DNA from: Promethearchaeota archaeon
GTDB lineage: Archaea > Asgardarchaeota > Lokiarchaeia > Sigyniarchaeales > SOKP01
Assembly: GCA_008080735.1 (NCBI GenBank)
Contig: SHMW01000034.1
Location: 1-38,586 of the forward strand
Direction of reading: 5' to 3'
Length of the DNA: 38,586 bases
Shown: positions 37,244 through 38,586 of the stretch, one piece after another
Layout: the number at the start of each line of letters is the position of its first letter
Position numbering within the stretch: the first letter of the stretch is position 1
The notes under the pieces: generated by a model
Seen by the model: the letters and a program-made list of their open reading frames with translations, nothing else
Told to the model about the DNA's origin: nothing
The model's database searches: none
Translations under genes and position numbers: made by a program

Positions 37244-37972
37244 CTATGTAGATTTTATTTTTATCTTTTTAGTTATTAGTGCACCAATCAATACTATAGT
37301 AGATAATGTAAAGATGAGAAAATAATTTGTAAAAGGTATCTGTCCATTAGTATTGGTTTGAATACTAAATCGATATAAAACTGTGTCGGAATCATCTTTT
37401 ATTTCAGCTTTGGATAATACACCAGAATTTATATTAAAAGTGTATATTATTAAATATTCTGTGAGATCGGTTTCATTGTAGATCCATTGATTGTTTAGAT
37501 TATAACTATTTTCATCTGCTGAATACTCGTCTAAATAATCATCCACATCAAGGGCCGAGAAATAAGCTCCAGAATACCAGGGTCCTAAAAATATTATCAT
37601 TCCTTCAAATTTTTGATAACTCAATCTATATTCTAAAATATCTGCCGATAAACCAAAATTGGAATTACTCCAATTCCAAATATCAAAATCCAGGTACCAA
37701 TTGTAAGTATCTGAGGAGATGTTAATAAATTTATATTTCCTTTGATAATTTAAATTTTGACACCCATCTCCAAATTTTTCCTTTAGGTCATCTTCCCAAT
37801 TTACTCCAAATGTAGTATTTAATGCATCTTGGTTTACTAGATCAACTTTCCATATGAATTCTTCCCCAATATTAATGTTCCATGAATAAGTTTGTGCGAA
37901 GGTATATGGTACATTTAGAAGGAGTACAAAAAGGATGAAACCCAAAATTTTCATATAAAGTTTTGATTTCAT
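37244..37972 (-). CDS. Exported surface protein with signal peptide and C-terminal membrane anchor (Loki-CTERM-like)
   Basis: Signal peptide ending TFA/Q; C-terminal QIPF + hydrophobic helix + KKIKIK. Confidence 0.75.
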   Translation of the reverse strand: MKSKLYMKILGFILFVLLLNVPYTFAQTYSWNINIGEEFIWKVDLVNQDALNTTFGVNWEDDLKEKFGDGCQNLNYQRKYKFINISSDTYNWYLDFDIWNWSNSNFGLSADILEYRLSYQKFEGMIIFLGPWYSGAYFSALDVDDYLDEYSADENSYNLNNQWIYNETDLTEYLIIYTFNINSGVLSKAEIKDDSDTVLYRFSIQTNTNGQIPFTNYFLIFTLSTIVLIGALITKKIKIKST

Positions 37973-38115
37973 TTTTACTGTTTATTCACATTAATGTATA
38001 TGATTATTATTAGGATACCAACATTTTATTAAATTTTTGAAAAATGATCCATTTCTCAAGAAAAGAAAAAAAAGAGGTTTTGATTTTACTCTTCCGAGTA
38101 GATAGCGGCAGCAGT

Positions 38116-38586
38116 TTAATAGACTGAATCAATTCTAAACCAGATAGTATACCGACAATCACCCATATCATAGCGGGATCCCGACCAATACCATCCGTTA
38201 TTTATATACCCATGCCATTGGGAAGGATTGAACCACCATTGAAATACAGGATAATCATCGTCCCCTGAGGTAGAATCATATTCGGATGCTTGGACCCTTA
38301 CTTTCGCATAGGAATTGTAAGAGAATAAGGCATAATGATAATTGTTCCAGTCGATAGCTTCCTTTTTGCCAGCCTTCTCGTAATCATCATTGGCTTTATC
38401 AATCTTATCAAGATGATTATCGTTTTTGTCTCCGCCAGCCGCACAGCTTGGGAAATAAGCCTCTCCAATCCATAGCTTTAGGTACATTTCACCATCGCCC
38501 ATCAGCCAGCCTTCATGTTCGTCATCGTAATAGACCTCGTCTACAAAAACTGTCATTTTATAGAGGTCGGCAGACGCATCGACGGC
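38116..38586 (-). CDS. Secreted acidic protein, possibly C2-like; 5' end lies outside the window
   Basis: Frame open to the window edge (AVDASA-DLYKMTVF..., AxA cleavage-like site); Asp/Trp/Tyr-rich; GDGEMY and EYDSTSGDDD loops. Confidence 0.65.
   Translation of the reverse strand, partial: AVDASADLYKMTVFVDEVYYDDEHEGWLMGDGEMYLKLWIGEAYFPSCAAGGDKNDNHLDKIDKANDDYEKAGKKEAIDWNNYHYALFSYNSYAKVRVQASEYDSTSGDDDYPVFQWWFNPSQWHGYINNGWYWSGSRYDMGDCRYTIWFRIDSVY

Noticed and set aside
1-38586. tRNA, rRNA, CRISPR array, IS/integrase, selenoprotein readthrough
   Set aside because: No GC-rich structured intergenic segment, repeat-spacer array or transposase was seen; the TGA stops examined end complete proteins. 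Small ncRNAs cannot be excluded without a covariance-model search

Overview
AT-rich, gene-dense archaeal chromosomal window, most likely from an Asgard archaeon of the Lokiarchaeia. This rests on archaeal EF-1beta plus a DUF1610 zinc ribbon, RIO2, an Sm-like protein, a Rab-like GTPase, a gelsolin-like domain, cytoplasmic PAS histidine kinases and an IP-type C-terminal membrane anchor. It encodes an orphan N6-adenine DNA methyltransferase, a PP1/PP2A-like phosphatase, porG/D/A/B (split by an inverted PAS kinase), iorAB, lipid and acyl-CoA catabolic enzymes, mutS and mutL, an M23-like peptidase, a fold-III PLP enzyme, nagA and surface proteins. I found no tRNA, rRNA, CRISPR array or transposase. 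Best leads: (1) a gelsolin-like domain fused to about 4 transmembrane helices, a candidate membrane-actin link; (2) an unannotated 46-aa zinc-finger microprotein resembling a PARP-type finger just after mutL, beside a MutS with a coiled-coil insert; (3) several probable non-AUG starts, one of which restores a CxxC motif missing from the ORF track; (4) a Rab-like GTPase with a natural Q61H-type substitution. All calls come from motif recognition by eye; no database searches were run.
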